Below, in pieces: positions 20,094 through 29,229 of a DNA stretch of 64,000 bases (positions are counted from its first letter, which is position 1; each line of letters opens with the position of its first letter). The notes beneath the pieces were generated by a model, which was not told the DNA's origin, did no database searches, and was given only the letters and a program-made list of their open reading frames with translations. The DNA comes from Terriglobia bacterium. GTDB lineage: Bacteria > Acidobacteriota > Terriglobia > 20CM-2-55-15. Where the stretch lies: contig CBDCLE010000025.1 of NCBI GenBank assembly GCA_965218585.1, positions 32,001 to 96,000 on the forward strand, given 5' to 3'. The position numbers and the translations under genes were made by a program.

Positions 20094-22865
20094 TTAATTG
20101 TTGCCCAGGGTTACTTCTTGGGCTGAACCGTAGTAGATACCGTTGAAGAGGAACTTGAACGTTCCATGGGATTGAGCCCGAAACGCGATTTCCGGACCAA
20201 ACAAGAACAGCTTTCCTTCACCCACGGTGGCATCGATGATGGCGACACTGTTTTCAAGGTAACCCTCACCCCACGCCCAGCCGCTTCTAAGAGAATCCTC
20301 ACCAAACCACGCAACGGGTTCGATCTCTTGCTCGGCCGCCTCCGGATCCAACTTGAACGCTGGACTGCCGCTGAAAACCACGTCGGCCTCGGGGCTGAGC
20401 CCGAACGCGAGAGGGTTATCGTTGTTGACCTGCACCCTCAGGAGGGACCCCGGTATAAAGAATCTCTCAGAAGTGAGCGCCTGCTCATCCCCGTTGGGAA
20501 CTCTCTCAACGAGGGCATCAGAGACTGGCAGACCGAGATGCTCGGCCAGCGCCGTCGACTGGCCGATCGTCAGAATCGTTCCGCCGGATTCCAGAAACTC
20601 ACGGAGTCGGGGTACCGTTTCAGCGAGCGTTACCTCTCCCAGTTGATTCGAATACTGCTCGGGGATACCTGCAGTCCCAACCGATAGGCTGTCGCTTGCA
20701 CTCTCTTCGGACGGTATCCCATCGTCAACGAAGATCAAGACGTCGAACTGGGAGGTAAGATTGCCTCGATCGAGCCGTTGGGGATAGACGACCTCAAAGG
20801 GAAACTCGAAGTTCTCCAAAAGGAAACGGGTCCAACCCGAAGAGGTAGAACCGCCATAACGGTCCCAGAGGCCCACGCGCACCTCCCCCAGCTCCAACGC
20901 TTCGACGGCCGGTTCCGTTGCAGTTGCGTCAAAAACAAGCCCCAGGTCCTCGACCAGCGGTCCCAATCGCTCTGCCGTGTCTGGTCCAGCCTCTATGTAC
21001 ATCGCTCCAACCGGATACGTTTTACCGTTTGCATCGACCGGTGCACGCAGCCAATGAACACTTTCGCCATCCTTCAAGAGCCGGTTTACGGCGATGAAGG
21101 CATCGTTCACTTGATGGCTCAGAAAAAATCCGCGCGCCTGAGGTAATTCTCGGATTTCTCCGTTGGGCGTGTCGGCCAATCCTTCGATCTGTTCAAACGG
21201 CCCGTCGAAACCTTCCAACACGCGGTCAAACTCGACCCTCATCTGGTAAGCGAGAGTCCACCCTGTCGTATCGTACGGAGCGGTCGGCGGCGCGCCGGGA
21301 AAAGCGAAATCATCGGGATGGTCCTGAGGCTCGAACATGTCCAGGACGTGCGGACGGAATGCCTGGGCCGTCTTGACGATATAAGAACCTTCCGGGTAGG
21401 ATTGCCCCAGGACTTCGAAATCGCTGACCGCGCGATAGACTGAGACGCCGTTCTTGATCAACACATTGACGAACTTCGTTGCGGTCAGAAAGTCGGGTTG
21501 ACCCGAAGAGATGACGTAACCTCTGGCATCCCTCAAGTCGGGATCCCGGAGCATCTCAAAGTATTTCGGGTCCTGCTCGTCGAGGCCATCGGGAGAGTCG
21601 GCACCGTCAGCCCGCACTTCGGCGTCGACCAGGGACACGCGGGCGGGAGTTGTCGTCCAACTGTCCCGGCTACCGCGCTCGATGGAATTCATCCCCATCC
21701 GCCAGATGTTGAACAACAGCGTATCTCTATATCGCGAAGCAACGTCCAGAACGGCTCGGTTCGCCGTCATCGAGTACTCAACGGACTGACGGAAATGCCA
21801 GATCTGCGGTTCGATCGGAGACGGATAGTCTCCCTCAGGCAGTTGCCTCTCGACAACGAACGGAATCTCTTCCGGAGTGGGACTCCCGATCGATTCGGTC
21901 AAGAGCCCGATCATGTTGTGGAAGTATGGGCTCGTTCTCAACCCGCCGTTCCACCATGTGGAGTACGTCGCGCCCGATCGCATGGTTGCGCCGGACTTCC
22001 CCTCCGCCAGAAAACGGCTATGCATGGCTCCCGCAACAAGATCGAGGCTTGTCACGACCAAGGGATCATAGTGGTAGTTGAATGGATCCCGGAAGGGCGG
22101 CGCAAACAGAACTGTTCCGCGTGGACCTCTTTGATGGTGGTTGTAGACGATCTGAGGAAACCACTCCCGGTAAAGAACCTGATTGATCGCTTCGGTTTCC
22201 GGTTGAGAGGACATGTAAAAATCACGATTGTTGTCGTGGCCTGTGTACTTCTGGTAAAGCCTCGGCAAATCGGACGCCGAGCGTTCTTCGGGATCAGATT
22301 CACGCATGTACCAGTCGGCCACCAACTCCAGACCATCTGGATTGACGCATGTCGCCAAAAGTATCGTGTCATCTAGAAACCGGAGCGTTTCGTCGTCGGT
22401 GTGACTGACCATCTGGTAAACAAGCTCCATCAGCTGTTGGGCTCCCAGCATCTCAGTCGCATGGAGTCCACCGTCAATCCACACGACGGAACGGCCCTCC
22501 CCGGCCAGCTCTCGCGCGTCATCCTCTGAGAGGCCTTCGGCCAGAGCCAGACGCCGCGAAATGTCCTTGTAGCGATCCAGGCTTCGATGGTTTTCTGGTG
22601 AAGTGATGACGGCCATGTAGATCGGCCGTCCCTCTGCGGTGGTGCCGATGACCTCAAGCGTCATCCGGTCGGATTCCGAAGCCAGTTTCTGCCAGTACGC
22701 CTCCAACTGCGTGTAATTTGCAAGCTGGTAGTCGTCGCCCAGACTGAACCCGAATTGTTCCAGGGGAGTCGTAATCTCGCTCTGGGCAAAGGCATTAGCC
22801 GACGTCAGAAGGCAAGTCAGAAGGAGCGTGATTCGAGTGACGTGGACAAACCTCCGATTCAACAT
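20094..22865 (-). CDS. secreted M14 zinc carboxypeptidase family protein
   Basis: Signal peptide, GGLHATE (HxxE), NPDG, DNNRD and NHHQ motifs. Confidence 0.88.
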   Translation of the reverse strand: MLNRRFVHVTRITLLLTCLLTSANAFAQSEITTPLEQFGFSLGDDYQLANYTQLEAYWQKLASESDRMTLEVIGTTAEGRPIYMAVITSPENHRSLDRYKDISRRLALAEGLSEDDARELAGEGRSVVWIDGGLHATEMLGAQQLMELVYQMVSHTDDETLRFLDDTILLATCVNPDGLELVADWYMRESDPEERSASDLPRLYQKYTGHDNNRDFYMSSQPETEAINQVLYREWFPQIVYNHHQRGPRGTVLFAPPFRDPFNYHYDPLVVTSLDLVAGAMHSRFLAEGKSGATMRSGATYSTWWNGGLRTSPYFHNMIGLLTESIGSPTPEEIPFVVERQLPEGDYPSPIEPQIWHFRQSVEYSMTANRAVLDVASRYRDTLLFNIWRMGMNSIERGSRDSWTTTPARVSLVDAEVRADGADSPDGLDEQDPKYFEMLRDPDLRDARGYVISSGQPDFLTATKFVNVLIKNGVSVYRAVSDFEVLGQSYPEGSYIVKTAQAFRPHVLDMFEPQDHPDDFAFPGAPPTAPYDTTGWTLAYQMRVEFDRVLEGFDGPFEQIEGLADTPNGEIRELPQARGFFLSHQVNDAFIAVNRLLKDGESVHWLRAPVDANGKTYPVGAMYIEAGPDTAERLGPLVEDLGLVFDATATEPAVEALELGEVRVGLWDRYGGSTSSGWTRFLLENFEFPFEVVYPQRLDRGNLTSQFDVLIFVDDGIPSEESASDSLSVGTAGIPEQYSNQLGEVTLAETVPRLREFLESGGTILTIGQSTALAEHLGLPVSDALVERVPNGDEQALTSERFFIPGSLLRVQVNNDNPLAFGLSPEADVVFSGSPAFKLDPEAAEQEIEPVAWFGEDSLRSGWAWGEGYLENSVAIIDATVGEGKLFLFGPEIAFRAQSHGTFKFLFNGIYYGSAQEVTLGNN

Positions 22866-23000
22866 GGACCCCCCTCGAGAATAGTTCGCGAATCTATTAA
22901 TTGTAAGAACTTGTGACCCGGCGAACCACCCAAATGTGCTAAAAGAATAGAGTCGCTTGCTGCGGGTCGTGTATTGATCCAGCCTTCAAGTCAGGACACT

Positions 23001-23303
23001 ATGCCGTTCGACCCCACTCTTCGACAGATAATTGCTACCTTCCGACGTTCCCCGGAATGGGACCAGCAGTTGGACCTGCGCTTGCTCCAGAGCCTCTGGC
23101 CCAAACTCGTCGGCGAATCGCTGGCCGAAGCAACGTCGGCCGTAGCGATCGACGGCACGCGGGTGATCATTCGAGTACCGGATCCGACGTGGAAACGTCA
23201 ACTCCTGTCTATCAAGAACTGGCTCATACGGCGAATGAATGAACCATGGCCGAACGGATGGATCACTGATATCGGATTTATCTATGAAGATAAACGCAAC
23301 TGA
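23001..23303 (+). CDS. DUF721/DciA family protein
   Basis: W.KLVG..LAEAT....IDGTRVIIRV....WKRQL pattern. Start placed at ATG 23001. Confidence 0.75.
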   Translation: MPFDPTLRQIIATFRRSPEWDQQLDLRLLQSLWPKLVGESLAEATSAVAIDGTRVIIRVPDPTWKRQLLSIKNWLIRRMNEPWPNGWITDIGFIYEDKRN

Positions 23304-23559
23304 CGTCGCCTACGTCGCCCAGCTGGCTAACCTTGAAGTCGCTGAGGAAGAGAGGGAAGAGCTCGCAACCCAACTCAGCCGGATAGTCGAGTACGTCGAA
23401 CTTCTCAATAAGCTCGATACCGAAGACGTCGAACCAACCGCTCAAGTCGTCACACGCGAAACGCACGCCGAACGTGAAGACCGGGTCGAATCTCGAACCG
23501 GAAGCTCCGAAGCAGCCAAGACGGTCGGGTTATTCAATGTGCCCAGAGTAATCGGCTAG
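23284..23559 (+). CDS. gatC: Asp/Glu-tRNA amidotransferase subunit C
   Basis: DVAYVAQLANL...IVEYVELLNKLDTEDVEPT...FNVPRVI, directly upstream of gatA. Confidence 0.92.
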   Translation: MKINATDVAYVAQLANLEVAEEEREELATQLSRIVEYVELLNKLDTEDVEPTAQVVTRETHAEREDRVESRTGSSEAAKTVGLFNVPRVIG

Positions 23560-23561
23560 AG

Positions 23562-25004
23562 ATGAACCTGGCAGAAATAACTGCAGATGCTCTTGTCGAA
23601 AAGTACAAGAAGCGCGAAGTAAAAGTGCAGGACGTTATCGAAGGCGTCTTGGAAGAGATCGACCGCGTCGATCCAGACCTCGGAGCCTTCGTCCAGACGC
23701 GCAGGGAATCAGCACTGGAAGAGGCCCTTGCCCTCGACGAGACGATCGCGACCGGAGGGTCGCTCCCGCCGCTGGCAGGTGTCCCGGTCGCCGTAAAAGA
23801 CAACATGAACATCCGGGGAATTCGAACCACTTGCGGTTCGAAGATTCTTGAAGGGTATGTTCCTCCGTACACCTCGACCGCGGTGGACCGTCTGCAGCAG
23901 GCCGGCGCCATCGTCGTCGGAAAAACAAACATGGACGAGTTCGCCATGGGTTCGTCTACGGAGAACTCTGCTTTCTTTCCCACTCGCAACCCTCATGGCC
24001 GCGACCGCGTTCCCGGAGGCTCCAGTGGGGGCTCGGCAGCTGCAGTCGCGGCGGGACTGGCCAGCCTGTCACTCGGATCGGATACTGGGGGATCGATACG
24101 GCAGCCCGCCTCGTTTTGCGGAGTCGTGGGATTTAAACCCACCTACGGACGTGTCTCCCGCTACGGGCTAGTTGCCTTCGGGTCCTCGCTCGATCAAATC
24201 GGTCCGTTTTCCAAAACCGTTCGTGAGTCCGCCGACGTCCTGGAAGCCATATGCGGCTTCGATCCGCTGGATTCTACGTCTGCAGGCGTAGGAGCCGGTG
24301 AATGGGTTGGCAAGATTGACGAGACAGCCCGCGGCGTGCGTATCGGCATACCTAAAGAATACTTTGTTGACGGCATGAACGCCGAAGTCAGCAGTAAGAT
24401 TCAAGCAGGAATAGCAGCACTGGAGAAACTGGGTTGCGAGCTGAAGGAGGTCAGCCTGCCGCATACCGAATATGCCGTGGCCACCTATTATCTAATCGCG
24501 ACCGCTGAAGCCAGCTCCAACCTTGCCCGTTACGACGGAGTGCGCTATGGACTCCGCGTGCCAAGCGATTCGCTCCAGGAGATGTATCGTCGAACCCGTA
24601 TGCGAGGATTCGGAAGCGAAGTCAAACGACGCATCCTGCTGGGCACCTACGCTCTGAGTACCGGTTACTACGACGCCTATTACCTGAAAGCACAGAAGGT
24701 ACGTACTTTGATACTCAAAGATTTCCAGGATGCATTCGAGGAAGTGGACCTCCTTGTGACGCCTACCACTCCCACAACTGCTTTCAAGATCGGAGAGAAA
24801 ACAGATGATCCTCTCTCGATGTACCTGTCCGACATTTTCACGCTCACCTGTAATCTTGCGGGTCTTCCCGGAATTTCGGTCCCCTGCGGAAAAGACGCCA
24901 GCGGGATGCCGATAGGCATGCAGCTACTGGGGCAACATTTCGAGGAAGGCAAGCTGTTGCGTGTCGCCCATCAGTTTGAACAGGCTGGCGGATTCGTGCT
25001 ATGA
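23562..25004 (+). CDS. gatA: Asp/Glu-tRNA amidotransferase subunit A
   Basis: [22 protein letters not shown] and [10 protein letters not shown] amidase signature. Confidence 0.97.
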   Translation: MNLAEITADALVEKYKKREVKVQDVIEGVLEEIDRVDPDLGAFVQTRRESALEEALALDETIATGGSLPPLAGVPVAVKDNMNIRGIRTTCGSKILEGYVPPYTSTAVDRLQQAGAIVVGKTNMDEFAMGSSTENSAFFPTRNPHGRDRVPGGSSGGSAAAVAAGLASLSLGSDTGGSIRQPASFCGVVGFKPTYGRVSRYGLVAFGSSLDQIGPFSKTVRESADVLEAICGFDPLDSTSAGVGAGEWVGKIDETARGVRIGIPKEYFVDGMNAEVSSKIQAGIAALEKLGCELKEVSLPHTEYAVATYYLIATAEASSNLARYDGVRYGLRVPSDSLQEMYRRTRMRGFGSEVKRRILLGTYALSTGYYDAYYLKAQKVRTLILKDFQDAFEEVDLLVTPTTPTTAFKIGEKTDDPLSMYLSDIFTLTCNLAGLPGISVPCGKDASGMPIGMQLLGQHFEEGKLLRVAHQFEQAGGFVL

Positions 25005-25570
25005 CCCGGCCGGTCAAAACAATCTGTCTGCGAATATTCCTCCTGGCCGTCACCATCGTGGTCGCAATGCAGATTTCCGCACAGGCACAGGGTGTGGACG
25101 CAGACATGATTGCAGTCGTAGACCTTCAGCGCGCGATTGAAGGAACATCTGACTTCGAGGAAGCGGCCCAGGAGTGGACCCTGGCCATGACTGCACAGAC
25201 CGGGGGCCTGTCGGCTAAGCAGGAGGAGCTCCGGCAAGCTGAAGACAGACTCGCGAACGGGGAAGAAAACTTGACTGACCGTGCGCGCACCGAGTTGGGT
25301 CGAACAATCGATCGATTGCAAAGAGAATTCGATCGGATGAACACGGACATTCAAAATGATTTGAACAGTCTCAGGGAACAACTCATTCTTCCGATCACCG
25401 TGAAAGTCGATCAGGCAGTACGCACATTCGCCGAAGAAAACGATCTTCTTCTTGTCCTCGACGTTTCAAACCCCCAAGTAGGGCTCGTTCTGACGAACCG
25501 CACGGTCGATATCACCGACACAATCATCCGCCAAATCGAGAAGTCTCCGGCATCCGAAGACGTTCCTTAG
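25001..25570 (+). CDS. OmpH/Skp periplasmic chaperone
   Basis: Signal peptide, IAVVDLQR, coiled coil, C-terminal LVLD...VDITD.II. Confidence 0.82.
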   Translation: MTRPVKTICLRIFLLAVTIVVAMQISAQAQGVDADMIAVVDLQRAIEGTSDFEEAAQEWTLAMTAQTGGLSAKQEELRQAEDRLANGEENLTDRARTELGRTIDRLQREFDRMNTDIQNDLNSLREQLILPITVKVDQAVRTFAEENDLLLVLDVSNPQVGLVLTNRTVDITDTIIRQIEKSPASEDVP

Positions 25571-25613
25571 AGAGGTGGCTCTGTCTTTTTCGAGGTCGCC
25601 TATCGGTGAAAGC

Positions 25614-25802
25614 ATGAAGAAGATTCTGACTATAGCGGGCATCTTACTCGTACTCATGGGGAGCATCTGGTTTCTCCAGGGCATCAACATCCTGCCAGGA
25701 AGTTTCATGACCGGCCAGATTGAATGGGCTGTCTATGGCGGCATCGCGACAGCCGGCGGCATCGGCCTGATCCTGGCTGGCAGGCGTAAGAACGTTCCGT
25801 AA
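25614..25802 (+). CDS. small two-TM membrane protein
   Basis: MKKILTIAGILLVLMGSIWFLQGINILPGSFMTG..W: two hydrophobic helices around a QG..LPGSFM core. Confidence 0.7.
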   Translation: MKKILTIAGILLVLMGSIWFLQGINILPGSFMTGQIEWAVYGGIATAGGIGLILAGRRKNVP

Positions 25803-25856
25803 TGACCCAGAATCCAAGAACTACATCCGGAAATGAGACGCAAAAGGGAAGAGACT

Positions 25857-26297
25857 ATGCAACCCGACATCGCTATCAATTACCTGGCTATCGCTCTCTG
25901 CGTCCTGGTTGCAATGCCCGCGGGCTTTCTCTGGTTCGGCCCCCTGTTCGGAAAGCCCTGGGCAAAGCAGATGGGGATGGCGGACGTGCCTCAACCGAAC
26001 AGTGCTGAAATGGCCAGATCCATGCTCCTGTTTGCTGGTGGATCCCTGCTCATCGCGTGGGTGCTCGCCCACGGAATTGCTGTGTGGCGACCTTCTTCCT
26101 GGAATGCAGGAATCGACGAAGCTGGATGGGTTTATGGTCTCAACGGAGCGTTCTGGACCTGGTTAGGTTTCTTCCTTCCGCTCCAACTCGGACGCATCGC
26201 GTGGGAGTAAAAAGGCTGGACCCTGGTGGCAATCAACGCGAGTTTCGATCTGACACGCCTGGTGCTGTTCGGCCTCATATTGTCCTATTGGAGGTAG
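25857..26297 (+). pseudogene. DUF1761-like membrane protein with in-frame TAA at 26208-26210
   Basis: INYLAI..GFLWFGPLFGKPW. The frame continues past the stop as AWE*KGWTLVAINASFDLTRLVLFGLILSYWR. Confidence 0.7.
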
Positions 26298-26301
26298 CGC
26301 G

Positions 26302-26511
26302 ATGGGCACGCGGGAGGCTCTTTATGTCTCAAAGCCCCACCGCCTCAGTTGGAACCAGGAATACCGCCTCTACGCTGATCGCATTGAACTGAGAGCAAAG
26401 ATATTGCTCTGCACGCTGCGGATTCCTCTGGAAAGGGTTGTCGAGATCACGGTTCGGCCAAAACCGGCGGCAGTTGATTTCCTCAGCCGCCCTGTGGAAA
26501 CCTTGTGGTAA
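26302..26511 (+). CDS. short hypothetical protein, possibly a truncated PH-like domain
   Basis: GGAGG ribosome site upstream. EYRLYADRIEL..RIPLERVVEI beta pattern. Confidence 0.35.
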   Translation: MGTREALYVSKPHRLSWNQEYRLYADRIELRAKILLCTLRIPLERVVEITVRPKPAAVDFLSRPVETLW

Positions 26512-26632
26512 TGACCCGAATAGCGTAGCTACCGAATTGCTAAGGATGAGGAAACACATCGAAGCCGACTATCTTGAGGTCCTTCGAACACGCGCATGAC
26601 CGCATCGGACGGAAGGCATTCGATCCGGCCAG

Positions 26633-27160
26633 TTGAGGAGTTCGACTTTGGCTACCGATAATCCATCTTCGTTCAGCATCAGACCGGGCACAGAAAAAGA
26701 CGTGGACGTCATTCTGGATCTGATCAGGGGACTCGCAGAATTCGAAAAGCTGTCGGACCAGGTAAAGGCAACGCCCCAGAGGCTCAGGGATACCCTTTTC
26801 AGCCCTCACCCGGGGGCAGAAGTCATTATTGGATACGCAGGTGACCAGCCCGTCGGGTTCGCGCTTTTCTTCTCGACGTATTCTACCTTTCTCGGCCTCC
26901 CGGGACTCTATCTGGAAGACCTGTTCGTGCTACCGGAATGGAGGAGCCGCGGACTGGGACACCGTCTTCTGACTCACCTCGCGAGCATTGCCGTAGAAAG
27001 AGGCTATGGACGAATGGAATGGTCTGTCCTGGATTGGAACGAATCGGCGATTCGCCTCTACCGAAACCTCGGAGCCCAACCGATGGATGACTGGACTCTT
27101 TACCGCCTGACGGGTGAATCGCTCCAGGCACTCGCTTCAGACGCTATTTCTAATGCGTAA
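26633..27160 (+). CDS. GNAT N-acetyltransferase (spermine/spermidine acetyltransferase-like)
   Basis: LAEFEKL, YSTFLG, LYLEDLFV..RSRGLG and WSVLDWN motifs. Confidence 0.9.
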   Translation: MRSSTLATDNPSSFSIRPGTEKDVDVILDLIRGLAEFEKLSDQVKATPQRLRDTLFSPHPGAEVIIGYAGDQPVGFALFFSTYSTFLGLPGLYLEDLFVLPEWRSRGLGHRLLTHLASIAVERGYGRMEWSVLDWNESAIRLYRNLGAQPMDDWTLYRLTGESLQALASDAISNA

Positions 27161-27186
27161 TCTTTGTCTTATCGAGGTAATCCGCG

Positions 27187-27750
27187 ATGACAGAAACCAA
27201 GGGTAGTTCCGATATCGATTTCGGGCCATTGACCGGTCTGATCGGCCGATGGGAAGGGAACAAAGGAATGGACGTCGCCCCGGAACCTGAAGGAATTGAG
27301 GAAAACCCATTCTACGAAACCATAATATTCTCTGAGGTTGGCGGTGTTCGGAACGCCGAATCTCAGGACCTGGTTGCTCTTCACTACCATCAGGTAGTCA
27401 GCCGGAAATCAGACAGCGAGGTCTTTCACAACGAAACAGGCTACTGGATGTGGGACCGAGCAGAAGGCGTGATCATGCATTCACTGGCAATCCCTCGTGC
27501 GGTCTCGGTTCTTGCAGGTGGAAAATTCAAAAGCGGGACTCCAGTCGTCTTCGACGTGGCGGCCCGGTTGGACGATCCCGACTGGGGAATTATTCAGTCA
27601 CCCTTCATGCGGGACAAGGCCCGAACACTCGAATTCAGGCACACAGTCACCTTGGATGGAGATAAACTCGGCTATTCTGAAACCACAGTCCTCGACATCT
27701 ATGGGCGGACTTTCGAACACACCGACCAGAACGAATTGACGCGTAGCTAG
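27187..27750 (+). CDS. nitrobindin/THAP4-like heme-binding beta-barrel protein
   Basis: FGPL..LIGRWEG, FHNETGYWMW and C-terminal FEHTD.N.L. Confidence 0.78.
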   Translation: MTETKGSSDIDFGPLTGLIGRWEGNKGMDVAPEPEGIEENPFYETIIFSEVGGVRNAESQDLVALHYHQVVSRKSDSEVFHNETGYWMWDRAEGVIMHSLAIPRAVSVLAGGKFKSGTPVVFDVAARLDDPDWGIIQSPFMRDKARTLEFRHTVTLDGDKLGYSETTVLDIYGRTFEHTDQNELTRS

Positions 27751-27784
27751 TATGAGCTACCGGCGGCGACGGGGAGGACATTTG

Positions 27785-27919
27785 ATGAATCGTGCAGGAA
27801 CCTGGCTTTTGGCACTGCTGTGGGTTGCATTCGCCGTTGCCACCTATCTGACGAGCCTCCGGGCCGAGGACCAGAGGTCCACCCTACCCTCGGCCCAAAC
27901 TCACTCACAGGAGTTCTGA
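27785..27919 (+). other. 44-codon hydrophobic ORF, small protein or gene remnant
   Basis: GGAGGA upstream of ATG. Reads MNRAGTWLLALLWVAFAVATYLTS... Confidence 0.3.
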
Positions 27920-27921
27920 CA

Positions 27922-28587
27922 TTGTTCGTCGGTCATCTGGCTGTATCCTTTGGAGCAAAGGCTCTTGAGCCCAAAGCCCCACTTTCTGCTCTCATTGCTG
28001 CGAGCTTCGGACTTGACCTTTTGTGGCCCCTTCTCGTAATCACAGGAATAGAAGTCGTGTCCGTGGAGCCAGGAAACACGACGTTTACGCCACTCGCGTT
28101 TGTTTCTTATCCGTGGTCACACAGTCTTCTCTTCGCTATTTTCTGGGGTGTGGCGGCGGCGGGCCTGACCTTTGGCCTGATGCGAAACCAACGGGTGGGG
28201 GTTCTTATCGGCGCAGTCGTGGTCACGCACTGGATTCTCGACTTCGTCACGCACCGACCCGATCTTCCGTTGTGGCCAGGTGGGCCCGAGGTCGGGCTGG
28301 GCCTGTGGAACTCTGTCGTTGCCACACTTATTCTTGAGGGTGGGTTCTTCCTCACGTGTGTCGTCATGTTCATTCGGGCTTCGGCGGCTCTTGACCGCAC
28401 CGGCAATTGGTCTCTCTGGGCGCTCGTCCTCCTGACCGGTCTTATCTGGGCAACCCAGCCCTGGTCGCCGCCACCGCCGGGTTCGAATGCGGTTGCCGGC
28501 GTTGCGCTGATTCTGTGGCTGCTCCCGCTCTGGGGCCGCTGGATCGAGGCTCACCACCAGATACCTGCCCATCGTTCACTTCCGTAA
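27922..28587 (+). CDS. membrane-bound metal-dependent hydrolase-like protein
   Basis: MFVGH, D..WP, YPWSHSL and THWILDFVTHRPDLP. TTG start with CAGGAG upstream. Confidence 0.78.
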   Translation: MFVGHLAVSFGAKALEPKAPLSALIAASFGLDLLWPLLVITGIEVVSVEPGNTTFTPLAFVSYPWSHSLLFAIFWGVAAAGLTFGLMRNQRVGVLIGAVVVTHWILDFVTHRPDLPLWPGGPEVGLGLWNSVVATLILEGGFFLTCVVMFIRASAALDRTGNWSLWALVLLTGLIWATQPWSPPPPGSNAVAGVALILWLLPLWGRWIEAHHQIPAHRSLP

Positions 28588-28606
28588 ATCAAAGAAAGGA
28601 AAACAT

Positions 28607-29160
28607 ATGAAAACCGCACTGATTCTTGTCGATATTCAGAACGACTATTTTACCGGTGGACAGATGGAACTTGTCGGGATGGACGAAGCCAGCACGAAGG
28701 CTGGACAGTTGTTATCCTATTTTCGCGAGAACGAACTGTCCACTATTCACGTCCAGCACATCGCAACAAACCCTGATCTCGGCTTCTTTCTTCCCGACAC
28801 CGAGGGAGTTGAACTGCATGAAAGCATCAAACCCCTGCCGGGAGAAACCATCGTTCAGAAACACTTTCCGAATTCCTTCAGGGAAACAACCCTTGCGGAA
28901 GAACTCGGGAAAGCGAAAATTGATCGCGTTGTGATCTGTGGTGCGATGAGTCACATGTGCATCGACGCTACAACGCGGGCGGCAGCCGACTCGGGACTTG
29001 AATGCGTGCTCGTCCACGACACCTGCGCAACACGTGACCTCGAGTTTGAAGGCCGAACCATACCCGCCCAGGAAGTGCATGACTCTTTCATGGCATCGCT
29101 GGGATGAGCCTACGCCAAGACGCTCACACTGGACGAGTTCGTATCTCAGTCAACGACATA
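28607..29160 (+). CDS. isochorismatase-like cysteine hydrolase, early TGA at 29105-29107
   Basis: ALILVDIQNDYF, KHFPNSF and SHMCIDAT. The frame continues after the stop as LG*AYAKTLTLDEFVSQSTT. Confidence 0.85.
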
Positions 29161-29229
29161 GGCCTGTGACGGTTCGAAGCCCAGCGGTCATTGAGTCATG
29201 TCAAACGGGGGGAGGAAAACAGGTCTGGT

